64,000 nt of DNA. Origin: Strigamia acuminata. Taxonomy: Eukaryota. This document shows positions 10,682-24,420 of the stretch, one piece after another. Position numbers and translations under genes: made by a program. The DNA is taken from NCBI GenBank assembly GCA_949358305.1, contig OX442314.1, positions 2,604,001 to 2,668,000 on the forward strand, written 5' to 3'. The notes under the pieces are model-generated. The model had not been told where the DNA came from. It ran no database searches and was given only the letters and a program-made list of their open reading frames with translations. Every line of letters starts with the position of its first letter. The stretch's first letter is position 1.

Positions 10682-11470
10682 ATGGCGGCCAAAGGGACGG
10701 GCATGTGCGACTCGAAAGAAATAAGCGTGAAGCGACCGAGTGTTAAAGAAACGGATCAAGATTTATTGGCAGAACAAGAGAAATTTCTGACTAGTCATCC
10801 GGTTGCGTTGGCGAGTATTGTGAAGAAGAAAATCGAAGAAACGAAAGAAAGTTTGACCAAAATCAACGATAATGACTATAAAATCGGTTTGTTTTGAATA
10901 ATTCCTCGGTTTGATCGTGTTTTTTAAAATAATTTTTGTTATTAATTTTATCAGGCAACGACGAGAGATTTTTAATTTTGGCTGATAATTGTCGTAAGAT
11001 TTTTCACTTTAAAGTGTATATTTACTTCAAAAAGCGCCGAACATCACGTCGATAACATGAGGTTTTCCCGTCGTGCCAAAACTAACCAAAGCACAGGTGA
11101 ATTTCAATTTTATACCTCCAAAACATCCTTTTACGTATTCCAGTAGTGTTATGAATGCAAATTTCTGGTTCATCTCAGAACTAACCTGGGTTGAAACGTA
11201 ATTGGTATTCACAACCAAACTGGAATCGGTATTTTTGTATTCATCTTGTTTACAGTTTATAAATTATTTTAGTTGCAAGGTTCGTCCAAAAGAAGCTTGT
11301 TTGCTACGCAACTCGCAAATAAGAAACAAAAAGTCAACCTGATGAAAGAAAATGAATCCACAAATATAGAAAACAAGTTTGGTAACAAATTAATTCTTTT
11401 CGCACGGATAAAATAATAATATTAGAAAAATTGTATTTTATTTTTATAGGCGAAGAGAGTTTCGTTGTGG
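10682..11470 (+). pseudogene. RPAP1: 5' exons of RNA polymerase II-associated protein 1, truncated
   Basis: KRPSVKETDQDLLAEQEKFL, GFPVVP and KRSLFATQL in successive short exons; TGA at 11058 just before GFP; no later exons recognisable. Confidence 0.72.
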
Positions 11471-11479
11471 AATATCTTA

Positions 11480-12160
11480 CATTGGCTTTGGTGGGTTTTT
11501 GTGATTATGAGTTAATTTTTGGTGGTTTTGTGTGAGATTGAGTTGATTTTTAGTGATTTTGAGTGATTTGTGGTGATTTTGAGTTGATTTTTGGTGATTT
11601 TGAGTGATTTCTGGTGATTTTGAGTTGCTTGTGAATTGGTTTTTTTACGACTTTGTATTGATTTTTGTTCGTTTTTGTAGGTTTTGCAGCAGCAGGTGTT
11701 GTTGGAGCAGCAGATAACGGAGGAGGAGTAGTTGTCGCAGTGGCAGCAGGAAGCAACAGGACGAACAGCGCCAGATTGAACAGCAGTTGATCGCTCAGCA
11801 GCAGATGATGGAGGAGAAACAGAGCAAGGATGAGGAGTTGTTCCGGTTGCAGGAGAAGGCGTCGATGATGGTGAAACAATAAGCGCAGATCCAGCAGCAG
11901 ATGATACTCGAGAAACAACCGATACGATTGATACACTCTCAAATGGTGATGCATCAATTAATTTTTATTTTTTAATTTTTGATTTTTTTCAAATTATTTC
12001 GACTCATTTTAAAATCTTTCTAATTTTTTTCAATTTTTTTTATACTTATCTCAACTTATTTTATATTTTTTCGACTTATTTTAACTTATTTTAATTATTT
12101 CCACTTATTTCTCATTTTTTCCACTTATTTCAAACTTTTTTCGATTGACTTAAAATTTTT
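11480..12160. repeat. Low-complexity tracts, possibly transposon-derived
   Basis: Iterated tggtgattttgagt 10-mers, CAG/GAG-rich stretch, ttatttt repeats. Confidence 0.5.
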
Positions 12161-13399
12161 ATTACTCCGTAATTTTCTACCATAAATATTTATTCGTTTT
12201 TCTACGACGAGATATGCAAGACCCAAGATATGGATAACTTGCACGTATTGCTCAAAGATTTTTATCGACCAATTTCGCAATTGGCTCCCCAACAGTTTTG
12301 AAATTTTAATTCATCACTTGTTCCCACCAGTGCCGCTCTGCGCTCTGGTGGGAACAAGTGTTATTAACCATCTGATTCCTACCAATAGCGATGCATTTTT
12401 CGTCGCATAGCAACAGTCACGTGGTTGTGTTGTACGTTCCATTTCGCGCTTGGAGTCGTGCATTTTCGCTTCGTTTTCGCTTCGTTTTCGGTTCGGTTTG
12501 ATATTTTCCACAACGTCCATGCGTTTTTCGATCGTGTTTATGTCCAAGTAATAACTGGATTAACATTGGATTTTGACGGATGGTTTGGTACGAGTTAATA
12601 TCGAATTTAATTTTTTTGTTTCACGTTCCATTTTTCATTTTCGAATGCAAATTTCCTTTCTAATTTCTTTATTTACCTTGCTTTTCTATTTGTCAAACAT
12701 ACATATTTAGTGTGCACTACATTTGTGAATAAGCATCTTGAAATTTTAGATTCCATTTTAAGCCTAACCTTAATATAATTGAAATGTAAGTTGAAGGACA
12801 ACATATACATGGGTGACAAATGATTTGGTGTTTTAAGCCTGCATTTCATTACCAATATCTTTAGTTTAAAAATGCATTTGTCACTCCAGAATTAATGTTG
12901 TGATTCTATACTTCGTGGGGGTGTAAAATCCAACTCTCTACCTCCTTGTGGTCACCCCTGGGTCACGCTAAAAGAGCTCTGGTTGAAATAATGTTGGTAT
13001 TTGTAAGAGAGTAGCATTTACCAATTGTCCTGAATTTTGCTGTTTGAATTGCTTATCCACTACAATAATTCCACTTAATTGTTTTCTTGTCTTTTCCTTA
13101 TCTAAATGGTCACTTGGAAAACTCCCTTTTCTTTTGCTGTTTCTTGAATTCAAAATTGCCAAAATCCTTTTCCTTTGATTTGTGTCAAGATGCGATGACA
13201 GTTGCTGCTGAAGTTGTAGTTGCAGTTGTTGCTTTTGAAAATGATGGCCTAAAGATAACATCATCGTGTTTTAATCAATGCGAGAAATACATCTCAAGCA
13301 GGTGGTTGAAACCGAACTCATTTCTAGCTCAAAATGAAAATAGTAGATCATCAACATATCCAAAATGTAGCCTGATGCTGATTGATGAGTGTGCTTAGT

Positions 13400-14420
13400 T
13401 TTGATTCCTCCTTTAAATTCTCCATTGCAAATTCTTTATACAATGTACCTTTCCAAATTCGCCTTATTTGTGGTCTTTTTTGTTTTCTAACTGGATCAGC
13501 ACAAAGGCCATCTATTTGGTCTTTGCACCCTTTATACACCTTCACTCGGTTTGTGTGTTTGGATTGAGATGTGCTTGGCTAGCTCGACCGTTTTGGCGAT
13601 CAGATTACTTCACCTTGTAGTGAATTATTATATTATAATTACTGTACAGTTCTGTCAAACACTTGTACTGTAAATTTGATTAGTCTTGTAGTGGCTTGAT
13701 AATAACTAGCGGTATTTTAATTTCCAATTTCCAATAATTCAATATCTTTCAGCTTCTGTCCTTTTTAATTAGCAATTCAATACGACGACCCATTGAAAAA
13801 TTAAATAATTAATTTGTTCTATTTTTAAAAGAACTGGTTTTATTGCCCTTTTTTAAGCTTTCCCATTCAGATATTGGAATTTTGGCTGATACTATTTTTA
13901 AGTGACGTAGCAAAGTCAGCCCACTCATGAAGTGAAATTGGAATACTGAACCTCCTACTGAATACAAACAACAAAATACCTGCTAATTCTAACTTCAATC
14001 AGCAAAAAATCAGTGGTGTTCACTGAAATTTAAAATTAATAAATAAATATAGAAGCCGCTTCTGGGATGTAGCCGCAAGTTCGTCTGGTGGCTCTAGCAA
14101 ATGACCTGATTACTTCGTTCTCTTCCATGGTGTAAACGTGATGTCTTCGTTTGGTTAAAGCGTAGGATAGAACTAAAAAACTAAAAATGTTGCACACAAT
14201 TTTTTCCAATTTAAGTAATAACCTATATTTACGGCACCTAAGTGTCGACGGTTTTGGGAATAATAAGGTGAACGCTGCCATTTGGAGCAGCATCAGTTGT
14301 GAGTCTAAAATCCACTTTATTTCGGTTCCTTCCGAACATTGCAGCATGTCCTCAATGCAGCAAGTGCACTTTACCAATTTGCCTTCATCTTTGGCTGCTG
14401 CAATCTGCATCCCGCACTCC
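13400..14420 (-). pseudogene. Possible degraded RNF216/TRIAD3-like RBR E3 ligase
   Basis: KDEGKLVKCTCC-IEDMLQCSEG, EENEVIR..CGY, SEG and CKDQIDG-LCADP in the order expected for RNF216, with large deletions. Confidence 0.4.
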
Positions 14421-16479
14421 GCAAGAATAATTTAACAAAAGGAGAAGAAAAATAATGGCAAGGCATTTCGACATCGATCTTTGGATGTTGTGTTTTGAAG
14501 TTAAATAATTGGTTGTTGTTGTTGTGAGATGTTCATTCATTTGTTGTAGTATAAAAATACCTTTCAACAAATTTCCATGAGTTTGCTAGTTCATCTGTTC
14601 TATTGAAATATTGTTCTTGCTTATTATGGTCTCACTTTTTGGTTTATCGCTGATGTTTAACAAATTAAATTTTTAAAAAAATGACCGAAAATCGGCTGAA
14701 ATTCTTACCTCGCAGGCCGTATGCCTTTCCATACTGCAAATTTAAAATCAAACTTTTGGCTTGCCATTGTGTGATATCAGTACTAAAAAAAAAATACATT
14801 TATTCAGTCGCCAAGAATTAAACTCAATTTAGTCCTACCTAACGGAAAAACAAGACGATCTATTTTGCCGAAAAGATTGAAAAGAAAAAGAAAGAAAGAA
14901 CGCTCGTGGTGTCATGCCATCTGCAAATGGAAGCATAACAATCCTCTAACACTTTTTTTATAAGTATATTGGTCTATGAAACCCTTAATTTAATGTTGTG
15001 GACCGATACACATACAGGAAACCATCCCCAAGCCATTTTACTGTTGGGCTGGCTTAGTTCAAAGCTTTTTCCTCTGCCTCCTTTTGTTGGCCAGTAGATT
15101 TGGGTGCTCGATGTTTCGGTTGTCTTAGTTCTTCCCCGTGCAAATTTTTACGTATTTATATATCTGAATTAGAGTAGTGACTTTGCCAACATTTGTGACC
15201 TTAATCGCGAGCAGAATAAGTTTTAATACTTCAAATAACTCGTAAAACCACACGGTTTTCGCACGAAATTCGCGTCATTGGTTTCACTGCTTGTTCTTGT
15301 TCATGCAAATAATAGGCTTTCTGATGGGCGTCTTTTTGGTTCTAACACCCAACTTGCAAATAATTGCGAGCAAAGTAGGCACCGTTCTTGTTTTTCGTTC
15401 GGTATACAAGGACGACCGATGGCAATGATGATGGCTGCAATGATGATGCACTTCATAATGACTGAAATAAAGGAGATGGCAATTACCACGAGGTCATTTG
15501 ACTGATAAAAATGAGCAATTTACCTTCTTTTACGTGAAACTTGTGGTGCCGGCGTCCATCCTTGCCAAATCAGTACAATTAATCTATTAAGGAAGTCTCT
15601 GCTTTTTTTGTTCAGATTCATACAGCCTTTTACTTTTGGCTTCAGATATTTTAGAATGCTGCTTGTTTACAAAACCGATTTATTCTTGATAATTTCTTTG
15701 GTCCTACAAAACATTTTTTTCATAAAAACTCCTAGAAAAATGTGAAAACTGGCGTTTTACTGTTCACATTCCCTTTAATGTGTTGATTTTATTTGTTATT
15801 TTGTATTTTTATCCTACATTTAATATTTGTGTGTTTTTACTTCCTTTGATGTAATATTTCAGTGTTATTCATTTCATTTTATATTTCCTAACTTGATAAC
15901 TTTGCATTGGTGTTTGTGTATTTTTTATTCAATTATTCTAGTATTTTAATGTCATTTTATTTGATTTATATATTTTGATTTGGATATATTCCTTTTAATG
16001 TTCTATCATTTATTATTCTGTGAAATTCAATTTAATATTTGTATTCAATTTTAACATGTTTATCTTTCACATTTTGGTGTCATTAACCTTTTATTTAAAG
16101 AGGGTTTGATTATTGTCACATGACCTGGCTTCAGCTCTCCTTCTAGGAATGCAGCTGAAGCCAATTATCGGATTAGTGGTGCTCCAATAGGAGCGTTTTG
16201 TATATATCTTTTTGAAGACAATAAAGTTTAACCCCAGTGAGTGTACAAAATTCATGGTGGAAGCAAGCTGCAGATTTATTTAAAACATACACTTAAAATT
16301 ACAAAGAAGCCAGAGACTTTAGAAGACCAACTAAAAGCGATTGGAATCTACAAAAAAGATTATACAAAATCTCATCCGTTAAGGTTGATGTTGATAGGAG
16401 GGGACATAAAAATATATGATCGTGAACGCAACTATCGGGACGATGAATTTGATGAATCGTTCGAACATGGCTTGATTTA

Positions 16480-16930
16480 AACCGAAAATAGTTTTTTTCG
16501 GAGTTTTGTAGCAATATATCAGACACTTCGTCGTCTACATTTATAATACATATATTGTCCATTAAAGCATCTTTGTGCTAAACAAGAAGAAAAAAATAGA
16601 AAAAAAACTACAGGTGACCCTCAATCTACAAACATATATATAAATATATAAATATTACTTTAATTTACTTGGTGGTGCAATTTCTGCTTTTCGAACTCCA
16701 GCCTTTTTGTGATCGGCATGGAGAACACATTCGTCGTGTCAACGGTGGCTGCGGTTGCAGATTTGGAAAATTTCACGGCCGGTTTCTGTTTTAAAAAACA
16801 AAAACTTATATAATGAAATAATTGAAGGAATTTAATTGATGGGACTTTGGTGAGCAAAGTAGGCTTCACTTTGTTCTTCATTTTACTAGGTGCGCCAATC
16901 GCCGAATCCTACGTTGGATGGTGGCAGTGA
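16480..16930. repeat. Dispersed repeat; further copies at about 17730-18020 and 25140-25573
   Basis: Shared gggactttggtgagcaaagtaggcttcactttgttctt...gccgaatc..acgttggatgg and atatcagacacttcgtcgtctacattt blocks. Confidence 0.85.
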
Positions 16931-17537
16931 TGATGGACACAGTGATGCATTTCGTAATGGTTTCTATAATGTAGTAATTTGACTGATAAAAATGACCCTA
17001 AAATGAGCAGTTTGCCTTATTAAAAATAGTTTTAATTAACTTGATAGTTTTGTTAGTTTAAAACCAATTATAAGTGTTTACAATCCAAATGTAAAAAGAT
17101 AGCTAAGCTTACAATACTGCCGACATCACTTAGCAATTGAGGTGATGGATACGCTTGTATCTCGGTTATGGTCTGAATGAAACTGTCTGCTAAATTTCAC
17201 CTCCACAACTGTGTAAAACTCGTAATCCAATTTTACATCATGCACAGAAATTTGGTTAAAAAAAATTTGCACAAAGTCATTTGCATCTACATCGTTTTTG
17301 ATTCGAGTCATAATTGTTTAAAAACATGAAATGGACTCGAGTAATGTCTTGTGTAGTGTTGCAATCTGGCAAAGCAGATGTTGGCATGTAAGGCAAGCTG
17401 AAACAAGCAGTTGTTGGATCAAAATGATTTGTCAAATACGGTGTTACAAGTACCTGATGCAATTAATCATTTGATATAAATTATTCTGCGTGCAAGCAGA
17501 TCGACACTTTGCATAAGCATCTGTACTACTTGTAGAA

Positions 17538-17604
17538 TAAGCACACAAATGGTAATTGAAAGCTTTTTCTCCAGTATGGGTTAATAAATGTTTTTTTAAA
17601 GACC
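17538..17604 (-). pseudogene. C2H2 zinc-finger gene fragment
   Basis: SLKKHLLTHTGEKAFNYHLCA with TGEK linker. Confidence 0.65.
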
Positions 17605-18822
17605 ATTTTGACTGCAGATTTCGAAAATTTGCAAAGCTCTTAAATAACTAATTACACTCAAAAGTAACCTACAGAACCTTTTTTATTAAAAAATGTGAAT
17701 TTTCGAAGCGGCGCTAGGTGTAATCGGCTCGTTTTACGCTTCTTGGACCAAGAACAGTGTCGGGGCAAAGATGGCTGCGGTTGCAAATTTGGCAAATTTC
17801 ACCTCCGGTTGGAGTTTCTGTTTTAAAAAACAAAAAATTATATAATAAAATAATTGAAGGAATTTAATTAATGGGACTTTGGTGAGCAAAGTAGGCTTCA
17901 CTTTGTTCTTCAGTTTAGTAAGTGCGCCCATCGCCGAATCCCACGTTGGATGGCGATCACAGTGATGGTGGACTTGAGTGTGGTAATGGTTTCTGTAATG
18001 TAGTAATTTGACTGATAAAAATGAGGGTCACTACTAAACAAGGGGTACACCCCAAATGGGGTACCCTATTTGGGGTGCACTATCAATTGGCCCTGCCAAA
18101 TGAGTATAATCAATATTGGACTGCAGCTGATCAGACTCAGTGCAAGGGGTTTGGAATATGTTCAGCAGCCATCTTGGATCATGTAGTGGGTTTTCATAAT
18201 TGTATTCTAAGTATGAATGCTTTCCAACCTTGCTCATCTGAATTAATCCCATTTGAAGTGGCTGAGTTGATTCTCTCTCATAGAATCAATCCACGGTGAA
18301 GTGGTCTGCTGAAGAATAATTTATTTATTATTTTATTATAATTCATGTTGTCCTGGCTTTCTGCCATGTTTCTACAAGTAGAGCTGCTTTGTCCAGAATC
18401 AATCACAGAAATGAACAGAATGTTAAAGAAATGTTGCTTTATTATGCTGCTCTATTATGATGAAATCTCGCCCATTCTAATGTAAGCATTTTCTGGTGTT
18501 TGAGGTGGGTGTTTTTTTTATTTCTCGATTTGTAAATCCAGCAATAATGCAAGACAGCGTAATACAGTTGTGTACAGACTGTGTTCTTTCATATTTTATT
18601 TATTCATCAATTATTGCTTGCAGCATTATTAGCATCACTATTGCTTGACTTCCGTTATAAATAATGGTGCAACATATGACTTACCTACTTAAAACTTTAA
18701 ATGTCTTTCGGGTCTTGCACAAAATTAAAAATTTCGGCATTATCTCGATCTCAACCACCACACTATTGATCAGACGGGTATTTCGAACGTTACCTGTAGT
18801 TTTTTGTTTTGTATAAGCACTA

Positions 18823-18980
18823 GGTGCATTCAATAAGTCTAAAACGTATGCAAAACTCGTTTCGTGTTTGCACCTGACGTCATTCCCATTGAATAACATG
18901 TTATTCAATAGGAATGGGAATGATGTCACGTGCAAACACGAAACGAGTTTTGCATACGTTTTAGACTTATTGAATGCACC
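18823..18980. mobile_element. Palindromic MITE with TA flanks (Tc1/mariner-like)
   Basis: ta|GGTGCATTCAATAAGTCTAAAACG...CGTTTTAGACTTATTGAATGCACC|ta; long near-perfect arms. Confidence 0.8.
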
Positions 18981-21900
18981 TACTGTGCCATTTGGTAATT
19001 TTTTCACCATTTCCTTTTTCAAAAGACTTCTAATTAAAAAAAATGAAAATTATTATTGAGATATTGAAAGTGTTTATTCAATTCACTTATATCATTCAGA
19101 TATAAATGTATAAGCCGATCGTACACTTTAAGATTAAGAAAATAGACATCTGCTGTTACTTCCTCCCCTTTCTCATCTAAATAAAACTAAACGCGAATTG
19201 TATTGTTCCACTTCTGCGGTGATGTGTTGCTCAGACATGATTGTGCGCCAAATAGGTTGATCGTTTCGCCAATATGTCTGCTCGAACACCGATTTTATCA
19301 CTTGCTTTCTTCCAAATCTTTCGTTTAGTTGGTGTATCTCCTGTGTTGCTGTCACAGTGGCATTTTACTAAACAAATGTAAATGTAAAAATATGAATGGA
19401 TTATATTATTCAACGCAGTATACTCCCGACACGCTTATTTTGTGCATTTATGCAACAAAAATGCATTTGAAATGCAAATTGAAATTGAAATCTCTTTTTT
19501 GACTTGTAAAATGACTTATCTCTTCTGCGTCTACATTTCTTCAACTTGCCTTTCTGCATTTTCCAATTTATGCACTTGTAGTTCATATCCTAACCTAGCT
19601 TAAAACGAGAAATATGGTATGTACCTTCTTTAAAATTTCAAAAAGATTGGCGCAAACTGGCTTTATAGTTTGTGGGGGTGTAAAATCCAACTCTCTACCT
19701 CCTTGCGGTCAAAAAGAGAGCTCTGGTTGATATTTGTGGGACTGCACTCCATACGCAATTTAACAATTGTCATGAATTTTGCTGTTTGACATAATTGGAA
19801 AATTTGCCAATTTAATAACACTCTTCCTTTTGCAGTTTGCAATATTTTAAAAATATTCAACTATTTAAATGTTTAAAAATATTTTAGAAGGCTGAAGCTA
19901 ATTTTAACTCTATTTTCTATTTATAAATATACAGTATCACCTGGGGGACCAATGCTCAAATAGGTACACTGATCATCAGAATCTTTCCACTTCTTGAAAA
20001 CGGGAACTGGATAACCAAGATGTAGCTTTCTTTTAGGGAAAGACAGGAAGTGGATACACAGGGCACATTCAGGATTAAGTCTTCTGTCTAAATCCGAATG
20101 TGGTCTGAACTCTCTGGGTGGCGAGAGACAGTTTAATCCATGGGTCAAGTTTATATTAAATTCAAGAGACTGATAAAGGGTTACTAAGGGCATATTACAT
20201 CTGTATAACATGTCATATCGACGGTACTTAATATATAAAACCTTGGTTTTATACATTAAACTGGTTTATTTAATTTTACGTTCAAACTCATTGCTAAAAT
20301 GAATTATCGCGCCATCTATTGATACAATTTTAGTCTTTTATTTAATCTTACGTCACTACCACATACATTTTCCACCAATAGTGATGCTTTTCCGTCGGCA
20401 TAGCAACAGTGACGTGTTTTGTGTTGATATCATTCCATTTCGCGAGACGTTTACAGTCGTTGTTTTCTCTCGGGACGTGCATTTTCTCTTCGATATTTTT
20501 CGCATTTTTCATTCGTTTTTCGATCGTATTCGTGCAGAATTGTATCGATGCATGTCAAACGAGCTGGATTCAGGTTGGATTTTGAGTCGATGGTTAGTTT
20601 CTTGATGAATATTTCTAGGTTTTTCACGTATCGAATGTGTTTGGATTCCATTTTAGGCCTAATCGTAATTGAAAATGAAATATTTTTAATGTTTGACTGT
20701 GAGTTTACAATGGGCTGGAAAACAACTTTTTTTTATGGTTTTAATTTCTTTTTTTTTTTTTTTTTCCTTTGTTTTTCCATTTCTTTCATGCAGTTTATTT
20801 GGAACAAAGTGGCTACGTGAGACGAAGTTTTGTTGGTGTGAAATGACCCCATGAATGCTTTCCAACTTCCTATTTTGCGTCTTGCTCGACCAATTACAAT
20901 CTTATTTTTCGTTTTTCTCTCATCATAAGCGAATGCCCATTTAAAAAAAATGTATTTGGGGGCAGCAAATCCAACTCTCTACTTCCTCGTGGTTGCCCCT
21001 GGACCCTGGCCGTCGTTCCAGTGGTACTGAATGAGAGCTCTGGTATTGGTATTTGGATTCTTTACTTTTGTTTCAATGTGGATTGATCTTAGCCATTTCT
21101 TGAAAATACTGGTTTGAAGTTTTCATGTTCTTCTTCAATCTCTTTATTTTTTCTGGTAACTTGATAACTCTTGTTTCACTTTTTATGCATTTTGTGTCTT
21201 AATTTGACACAATGATGTGGGTTCTATAAGACTGCATTCCATTAAATGAGTGTACCGATTACAAGAGTCGAAATTTCATGCCTAAAATTTGGTATTGTAA
21301 GCCTGCATGAGTGTAGCATTTGCCAAAAATGAAATTTAATCAAGGCTTGGTGAATTCACAATTTGTATCTTTTTGTATCCACCAGCTTTGTTCATACTTG
21401 AGGTTGAATTCTCGTTTCTAACACCTTCAACTTGGTGTTTACTGTATTACCAGTACCAAGGCTTGGTGAATTCTCAATTTGGTCATATGTATCTTTGTAT
21501 TCACCAGCTATTTTCATATTTTAGGTTGAATTCTTGTTTCTAACACCTTCAACTTGGTGCTGTATTTGCTGTATTACTTCAATTTGGATTAACGAAATCT
21601 TTATGAATTTATTTCTTAAGCTGGGCGTAACTCTATGTCGGGTCGTTTTATGAATACCCTAAACATACTTCACCTAAACATAAGTTTGGTTGGGTTTCTG
21701 ACCAGAGCCTTGCGTTCCACGAGAGCCAATGGATAGGATTCCACCCAAAGTATCCAGTCAGTATCAGTCTTCCCTAAATGGGACACAAGCGCCACATAGC
21801 TGGATCCAGTTCCACTTGGTGAAGCCATTCCGGTCACACTTGTGATGCTAACTCCAGCAACAACTTCTACAATGTCACTGTCGTCGCTGTCTGTCTTCCT

Positions 21901-23618
21901 TCGGCTTAAATCCATGATTACTGTTTGGAATTTCCAACAACTTTTGTAGGATTCCACAAGAGATCCAATTATTGCTCTTGTAACCCGGATCTATCTGTCC
22001 TGACCCACTTTTCAATAAATGCTTCTGTGAACAGATAAGCTGGGTTCAACGTTCCCACGCTCTCCTTTGGTGTGCGTAGCACAAATTCTGCAGTTGAATT
22101 CTCTATTCTTTATGCCTCTGCTTAATGGTTATTGCTAAAAATAGAATATAACTTCTCATTCATTTTTTAGACTTGAGTGGAATTGCTGAAATGGTTTAAT
22201 TTAAAAAATTAATTAAATATGACAGTGTGTTATTCAAGGCAACAAGCACACATCTATTCGTTAAAGGCGGGAAAAAGGAAATCAGTTTGAAAATTTAAAA
22301 AAGTTGATGTTTTTGAACGAGTTAAGTGTGGAATTCAACAGCAGAATAATGGGCCGCCTTTGTAAATGTTTGTATTATACGTTGGTTTGTAATTGTATAC
22401 TTGATGGGGCCTTCGGTTTGGTTCCAGTTGTATTTTGACTTCACCATCAGACGACGAATTTTCAAGAGTCGCTTCACATCGTTTGTTTATCTTTTGCAAA
22501 AAGCATCCTTGGATGAGTTTTCTAATACTCTATTATAATATCTATCTTTGAATTCATCTGTTCTGGTGAATAATTGTTCTTGCTCATCATGGTCTCACTT
22601 TTTGGTGTATGAAAGATGATTACTGAAGCACTTTTCCTCTACTTGAGAATGACAAAATAACAAACAAAAAACCAATGTGGAAAATCTATCATCTATCTAT
22701 CAATATCAATATGGTTTTTGTTCTTTTTGCTAACACTGGTAAATACTAAGTGAATGAATGATGACACCCTTTTCTTATTTTGTTTGATTACACTGTTCAG
22801 CCTGAATAATCTTTTTCATAATGTGCTCCTTCGAAAAGATTAAAATTTATTTACAACGCAATTGATTATCCTTTATCTTCCGCTTAGGTTGTGATCTAAT
22901 TTAAATGACTGTAGTTTAATTTAATGATATAAAATTAAATTATTATAAAGGTGATTCGATCTCCACGGACAGGAGCGTGTTGGTGGTGGCCCCCTTGCTG
23001 CTGTTGATTTGCGCGTTGTTTCTTTTGCAACTGCAGTGGTGTCGGCAGTGGAATTGGCATCGTTTTCTTTTTGATTTGTTCTTTTTTTGGGCTTTAGTTT
23101 CCAGTAGGCAATTATTATTTTTCTTAAATAGTCTTTGTTTTTGCTTTTCAGGCCAGTTGCGTAATAACTTTTCTCCTTGTCCTCTAAGTTAAAAACATAT
23201 CGCGGATGGAAATTTCGGATTTTGCGGCGCGATTGGGAATGAAATGAAAAATGTGAGTAATGGCATATCTCTGTCTGAAACAAATCCTCTCTCTCCTGGT
23301 ATTCTCTATACACGAAACCTCACTCTCCTCGTATTAGCCATTTCGCTGTTACCATCTGCTTTCAGTTTCTTTGATTTTCTTTCTTCTGAAAACTCTGCAC
23401 ATTTTCTCTTTGCTCCAGTTTGTTGTTGGGTTGTCGATCGATTTCTTCCTCCTGAACACTTCGAGTGGTTTCCTTTTGCTCCAGTTTGTTGTTTCGTTGT
23501 CGATTTTCTTTAAAACTTCCTGGGCTAACCTTCCGAATGTCTTTCTATTTGTATTTATATTTCTTGTTCAATATTAATAACTTGTGCTACTATTGCCTAT
23601 CTGATACAAAACCCTGTC

Positions 23619-24224
23619 TCATTGTGGATTTCTTTGATTCCAAAAAGATCCATTGATATTTTGCTGACCTCTATTATTTTGCTGTCCTCTATTATTAAAA
23701 TTTGCTTCTGCTGTGTTGTTAATCTGAACATAAAACGGAGAAGCCTCAGTCAAAGAGGGACTCGCAGCCAATGCGGGAGGCACAGCCGAAGAGGGGTGCG
23801 CAGCCAATACGGGAGCCACAGCATACTTAAAGATATTTCCAATAAGAGCACACAATGCTAGCAATTTTCCGATCTTGTCTTTATTAACCATTAGAGTTCT
23901 TCTTGTAGTTTTTGACATGCTCAAATAGATGTTTATTCTGCTTCTCAAATATTTGAATAATATGGCATCACTGATGAAGTCGTGGTTCAATATTTGACGA
24001 AATTCGCAGGAAAAATTTAAGATATCTGTCACCAAACGACCTTTTGGACAAGACTGTGTCACGTCTTGGTTCGTTCTCGATTTGTAAATTTGGGAAAGTG
24101 TTGAAACGGTTAAACTCTCTAAAAACTCTTTGATTTTCTTTTTTTCCACTTTTGTAAATCCTTTTACAAAAGTCGAAAAGTGGCCAAAATGGACAAAAAT
24201 AGACCAAAGACCAAAATAGACCAA
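23619..24224 (-). CDS. ORF with possible C3orf38/DUF4518-like N-terminal domain
   Basis: EKKKIKEFLESL..TNQDV..VTDILNFS..ILFKYL matches my recollection of the C3orf38 pattern; start codon uncertain. Confidence 0.4.
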   Translation of the reverse strand: MVYFGLWSIFVHFGHFSTFVKGFTKVEKKKIKEFLESLTVSTLSQIYKSRTNQDVTQSCPKGRLVTDILNFSCEFRQILNHDFISDAILFKYLRSRINIYLSMSKTTRRTLMVNKDKIGKLLALCALIGNIFKYAVAPVLAAHPSSAVPPALAASPSLTEASPFYVQINNTAEANFNNRGQQNNRGQQNINGSFWNQRNPQ

Positions 24225-24244
24225 AAATACCCAACAATTACAAC

Positions 24245-24420
24245 AGCTGTCGCGGGTGAGAATACTATTACTATTCTTAACCGCGACGTCGCTGTTAAGA
24301 ATTAGTTGATCTCATGGTGTCGCGGTTATGAATGCGCGCGATATTCTTATCCGCGAATCGCGTTTATGAATGGACGTGATATTTATAACCACGACGTCGC
24401 GGATAAGAATATCGCGCGTA
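24245..24420. repeat. Cluster of short palindromic repeats, possible DNA-transposon subterminus
   Basis: attcttaaccgcga / tcgcggataagaat units in alternating orientation. Confidence 0.65.

Noticed and set aside
12205..12280. Possible hAT dimerisation-domain remnant (PRYG*LARIAQRFL)
   Set aside because: Too short to support
16660..16881. Recurrent MKNKVKPTLLTKVP ORF (also 17734 and 25301)
   Set aside because: Copies diverge in frame and length outside the core; treated as a dispersed repeat
19921..22110. Exon-like ORFs at 19921-20256 and 21670-21957
   Set aside because: No family recognised; would need BLASTX
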